DNA of 64,000 nucleotides from an uncultured Verrucomicrobiae bacterium (GTDB lineage: Bacteria; Verrucomicrobiota; Verrucomicrobiia; Chthoniobacterales; UBA10450). The notes below the pieces were generated by a model that was given only the letters and a program-made list of their open reading frames with translations, ran no database searches and was not told the origin of the DNA. This document shows positions 60,186-64,000 of the stretch, piece after piece; position 1 is the stretch's first letter, and each line of letters opens with the position of its first letter. The position numbers and the translations under genes were made by a program. Where the stretch lies: contig CAVTMK010000002.1 of NCBI GenBank assembly GCA_963735805.1, positions 1,312,001 through 1,376,000 on the forward strand. The letters run 5' to 3'.

Positions 60186-61883
60186 CTAGCGTTTCGGGGC
60201 CGGCGGGGCAGTCTTGCCTGTAGCTGCCTCATAAGCCTGCCTGTATCCGCGCGCGATAGCGCGAACCGCCCGACCGATGTCGTCGTAGACGTGATTCTCC
60301 AAGTTTGCGAAGGATATGCGCACCGACCAATCGGGAGCGGCAAAGCCGCCGCCGTTGAGCAGAACGATGCCGTGGTCCTCCGCCAGGCGGAACACGATGT
60401 CGAGAGGGTGCACGTTTGCCTTCATCCACTTGACGACGTCCTCGCCCAGGTGTTTGCGGGCAAAAAACTCGAAATCGATCAGGCCGTAATAGTAGTCGAA
60501 GAACTCATTCGGAGCGATTGGGATGTCCAGCCCTTCGATCGTTGCGTCGACCCGCTTCTTGCAGATGCCGATACAGGCTTTCTGATAGAGCTTCTTTTCG
60601 TCCATCAGCTCGCTGAGCGAGAACAGCGTCATCATGACCTGCTGCGGAAGCGACAGTCCAGCCGTGTGATTGAGCGCGATGTCGCGGCTGTCGGCAACGA
60701 TGCGGTCGATGAACGCGAACTCGCGCGGCTTAAGGGTGAGCCCGCCGTAACGCTTGTCCAGGAGTTTCTTGATCGGCTCGGGATGCGCGGCGATCATCTT
60801 ATCGAAGATGTTGTTCTCGTAGACGGCGATCGCTCCGAGGCGCCACCCGGTACAGCCGAAGTACTTGCTGTACGAATATACGCCGATCGTGTTCTCCGGG
60901 AACTCTCCCATCAGCGAACGGAAACCCGGGACGAACGTGCCATAGACGTCGTCGGTCAGCAGGATCAGATCGGGACGCTTCTTGAGCACGGCCCCGATTT
61001 TCTTAATCGTGTCTGGAGAAAGCGCGACAGCGAATGGATTGCCAGGATTGACGATGAAGAACGCTTTGATCTTCGGGTCGAGAAGCTTTTTGATCTCTTC
61101 ATCCGGATACTGAAACCGATCCTCCTGCTTCGCATGGATCTCGACGTAATGGAGGTCGTAGTCCTCCAGATGCGCCATTTCCAGGTAGGGCGTGAAGATC
61201 GGTACCCCGAGCGCTATCGTGTCGCCGGGGTTGAGAATCCGATTGCTTTTTAGCGATTTGAAAATGTAACACATGGCGGCGGTTCCGCCCTCGACCGCGT
61301 AGATCTTGAACTTGCCTTCCGGCCGCGGATTTCCGCACATGGCCCATTCCAGGTACTCGTGAACGATCTGTTCGTTGTGCACCAGCATGCGGTCTGGCAC
61401 CGGATAGTGATCGCCAATGATGGAATCCACCAACTCGTGCACGAACTTGTCGGGGTCGAAGCTGAACCTGTTCACCGCCCACGGCACCATCGCCTGCAGA
61501 AAGGGTGCACCTGGCATGTCAGCATGTTGCTTCAACCAGGCTTCAAGTCGGCCAGCTATTCCCTCTGCGTTAGGCATCCCGCCCACGCCGGGTGGCAGGT
61601 CAAGTACCCGCTTGCACTCAGTAATTGCGAACTGCCCGAGGAGGAAGAACGCTTCGCGCGGCTCAGTGGCGACCCAGTTTGGGTTGCCACGACCGGCGTT
61701 CAGGTATGACAGGGAATTTTCCAGCGCCGTTTTTGATGCCACTTTTTGGACGAAATCCTTGATCTCGAACGGACCGAGTTTGTCGAACTCTTTCAGTCTC
61801 GCATTATCTGATAATGGGCGACTGCCACGATGAGGTTGTTTCTTAGCCTTTCCAGGCCGAGAGGGTTTGCTTTTTGTTGTCAT
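60186..61883 (-). CDS. aspD: Aspartate 4-decarboxylase (PLP)
   Basis: 'LNAGRGNPNW', 'EGGTAAMCY', 'DDVYGTF', 'SYSKYFGCTGWRLG'. Confidence 0.95.
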   Translation of the reverse strand: MTTKSKPSRPGKAKKQPHRGSRPLSDNARLKEFDKLGPFEIKDFVQKVASKTALENSLSYLNAGRGNPNWVATEPREAFFLLGQFAITECKRVLDLPPGVGGMPNAEGIAGRLEAWLKQHADMPGAPFLQAMVPWAVNRFSFDPDKFVHELVDSIIGDHYPVPDRMLVHNEQIVHEYLEWAMCGNPRPEGKFKIYAVEGGTAAMCYIFKSLKSNRILNPGDTIALGVPIFTPYLEMAHLEDYDLHYVEIHAKQEDRFQYPDEEIKKLLDPKIKAFFIVNPGNPFAVALSPDTIKKIGAVLKKRPDLILLTDDVYGTFVPGFRSLMGEFPENTIGVYSYSKYFGCTGWRLGAIAVYENNIFDKMIAAHPEPIKKLLDKRYGGLTLKPREFAFIDRIVADSRDIALNHTAGLSLPQQVMMTLFSLSELMDEKKLYQKACIGICKKRVDATIEGLDIPIAPNEFFDYYYGLIDFEFFARKHLGEDVVKWMKANVHPLDIVFRLAEDHGIVLLNGGGFAAPDWSVRISFANLENHVYDDIGRAVRAIARGYRQAYEAATGKTAPPAPKR

Positions 61884-61922
61884 AGTTTTTTTGCTATTAA
61901 ATCATGTTCGGAAAATGTGTTC

Positions 61923-63617
61923 TCACGATAGTAACATGATGATGACCATGCCCCAGATGGTGAGCAGGGTGTTACCGACAGCGTAGGTAACGGTGTAGCC
62001 GAGCGCCGGGATCTGGCTCTTGGCCTGGTCGCAGACCAGACCAAGCGATGCCGTCGTCGTGCGCGCCCCGGAAACGATGCCGAGATTGAGCGCGTCGTGG
62101 AAGCGAAACACATATTTGGCGACGAACATGCCAAGAACCAGCGGGACCGTGGTGGCGACTGCGCCCCACAGGAACAGACCGACGCCCTGCGTTTTCAGAC
62201 CGTTGACGAATCCCGGACCGGCGGAGATGCCGACGATGGCGATGAAGATGTTGAGGCCGACCGAGTTCATGAACCAGACGGTGGGCGTCGGAATGCGTCC
62301 AAACTTCGGGCGCACCGAGCGCAGCCATCCGCCGATGATCCCGGCGATCAGCGCGCCACCGGCAGTCGACAGTGTGAGCGGCGCCCCGGCCACTTTGAAG
62401 ACCAGCGCGCCGATCAGCGCGCCGACCACGATCGCCGCGCCGACGAACGCCATGTCGGTGACATCGGTTGGACGGTCAGCGACACCAAGCATCTTGGTTG
62501 CGGCAGCAATATCCTCCGTGCGACCGACAAGGGTGAGCAAGTCGCCGCGATTGACTTCGGTGCCCGGCAGGATCGGGATATCGGTGGCGGTAGCGCCGCG
62601 CGTGATCTTGCGCAAGAACACGCCGCGCGCCGCCGGGCGTGTCGCCAGTTCCTCGAGCGTCTTGCCATCGACGTCCTTGTTCGTTACCAGAACGTCGACG
62701 CCTTCCACCGGCACGGCGAGGAGTTCGCGGTCCTCGACTTCGACCGCCGTTGCCCCGAGGATGTTGACCAGCACTTCGCGCTCGCCCGCGACCGCCACCA
62801 CGTCGCCTTCCTTCAGAACGATGTCCGAGGTCGCGTCCATAATCTCGCCCCCGCGCCGAATGCGCAGGATGAAGAGGCGCGCATCTGGCACCAGCGACTC
62901 AGCCTCGGCAACGCGCAAACCAGCGGCTTTGCCACCAGGCTGAACCTTATAGGCGCGCAGCGCCCAGCGTGTCCAAGCCGTGCCCGGACCGCCAATCTGC
63001 TTCTTGCCGCCGCCATGCTTCTCCTCGTAGTCCTTGCACGCGGCAACGAGATCAATTCCTAACAGCTTCGGACCGATGACGGCGATCACGATCGCCGAGC
63101 CCATTGTGCCGAACATGTAGGTCACGGCGTAAGCGACCGGCATGTTATCGAGGTAAGTCTTGGTTTGGTCGGCGGCCAGGCCCAACCGGTTGATTGCGTC
63201 GGTTGCGAGGCCCATGGAGGCAGAAATTGTCTGCGACCCCGCGTAAAGGCCGGCTCCGTAGCCCAAGTCGTAGCCGGCGAGCTTCGCGACCACCACGCAC
63301 GCGACCAGGCTGAATACGCACTGCACCACCGAGAAAATCGCCTGCGGCAGGCCGTTGCTGGCAATTCCGCGCACGAACTGCGGCCCAACGGCGTAGCCGA
63401 CGGCGAACAGAAACATGAGGAACGCAAACGCCTTGAGCGGCTGGTTGACCGTGATCCCGATTTGCCCGATTACGACGGCGGCAATCAGGGTGGCGGTCAC
63501 CGATCCGAGACCGATCCCCTTGTAGGTGAATTTGCCGAAGTAGTAACCTAAGGCCAGCGCGAGAAAAATCGCGATTTCCGGGTAGGTCTTAAGTGTCGTG
63601 AAGAACCAGTCAATCAT
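61923..63617 (-). CDS. aspT: Aspartate:alanine antiporter, second paralog
   Basis: 'GYAVGPQF', 'PVAYAVTY', '[13 protein letters not shown]'. Confidence 0.92.
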   Translation of the reverse strand: MIDWFFTTLKTYPEIAIFLALALGYYFGKFTYKGIGLGSVTATLIAAVVIGQIGITVNQPLKAFAFLMFLFAVGYAVGPQFVRGIASNGLPQAIFSVVQCVFSLVACVVVAKLAGYDLGYGAGLYAGSQTISASMGLATDAINRLGLAADQTKTYLDNMPVAYAVTYMFGTMGSAIVIAVIGPKLLGIDLVAACKDYEEKHGGGKKQIGGPGTAWTRWALRAYKVQPGGKAAGLRVAEAESLVPDARLFILRIRRGGEIMDATSDIVLKEGDVVAVAGEREVLVNILGATAVEVEDRELLAVPVEGVDVLVTNKDVDGKTLEELATRPAARGVFLRKITRGATATDIPILPGTEVNRGDLLTLVGRTEDIAAATKMLGVADRPTDVTDMAFVGAAIVVGALIGALVFKVAGAPLTLSTAGGALIAGIIGGWLRSVRPKFGRIPTPTVWFMNSVGLNIFIAIVGISAGPGFVNGLKTQGVGLFLWGAVATTVPLVLGMFVAKYVFRFHDALNLGIVSGARTTTASLGLVCDQAKSQIPALGYTVTYAVGNTLLTIWGMVIIMLLS

Positions 63618-63668
63618 GTTATGCTCCGTGTTAGCTCGGTTATTTCAGTTTGTGAGGTGGTCAATGGA

Positions 63669-64000
63669 TTAGGCCTTTCGCGTTCTTTTTTTTGGAGTGA
63701 CTCGACGAGAAGCCCGACGGCTAGGACTCGCGTTTTTTCTTCTGCTAGCGCCAAGCTTTTCCGGCTTGATCAGTTCCAGGCCCAAGGCTGCCTGATAGCC
63801 GTGGATTTCCTTCACATCGAGCTTGCGCATGAAGTCGATGGTCTCCTTCGTAATGACCTGGCCCGGCACCATGATCGGGAAGCCCGGGGGATAAGGGATA
63901 ACGAATTTTGCCGAGACAGCCTGGCCGCTTTTGACCATGTCATCGATCTCCTTGCTGTTGAGCCTCACATGCGTGCAGTTCTCCGCGTCATAGGCGAGGA
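63669..64000 (-). CDS. C-terminal end of an Orn/Lys/Arg decarboxylase-family protein (partial)
   Basis: 'SAKFVIPYPPGFPIMVPGQVI' is the OKR decarboxylase C-terminal motif; runs off the window edge. Confidence 0.85.
   Translation of the reverse strand, partial: LAYDAENCTHVRLNSKEIDDMVKSGQAVSAKFVIPYPPGFPIMVPGQVITKETIDFMRKLDVKEIHGYQAALGLELIKPEKLGASRRKNASPSRRASRRVTPKKRTRKA

Noticed and set aside
60102..63062. Long plus-strand ORFs (60102-61253, 62020-62943, 62097-63062)
   Set aside because: Antisense to aspD and aspT; expected in GC-rich coding DNA and without recognisable motifs.

Overview
Bacterial chromosomal window. Gene content and protein styles suggest a soil Verrucomicrobiota of the Spartobacteria/Chthoniobacterales type (inference, not a database result). 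Bases 1-22.9 kb are intact housekeeping and envelope genes: tamB plus a BamA/TamA-family Omp85, a PLP decarboxylase, a SurA/PpiD-like chaperone, a TPR protein, an M13 peptidase, obgE, a GT4 glycosyltransferase, the complete atpBEFHAGDC operon and lpxI. GTAG-type palindromic repeats occur in this part, two of them inserted in frame inside proteins. Bases 22.9-64 kb are accessory: two sulfatases, five paralogous small STAS/SEC14-like proteins, aquaporin, an MBL hydrolase, an L,D-transpeptidase, DUF3300/DUF2950, an orphan sensor kinase, a phage-like cluster of small ORFs with an RHH regulator, a beta-roll repeat protein, a PLD, cax-ppk2 and an aspartate-decarboxylase/antiporter island. The strongest unexplained signals are non-coding. 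(i) A 16-bp palindrome (best copy TAGGACCAAGGTCCTA) occurs about 10 times, mostly abutting a -35-like hexamer, which suggests a regulon. (ii) A ~190-nt structured RNA-like element with covarying stems is present twice, each time downstream of that box and upstream of the same small-protein family. (iii) A separate ~125-nt candidate sRNA. (iv) A dispersed, degenerate small-ORF repeat. Five accessory genes carry single lesions, four of them next to CGCG. No rRNA, tRNA, CRISPR array, integrase or transposase was seen.
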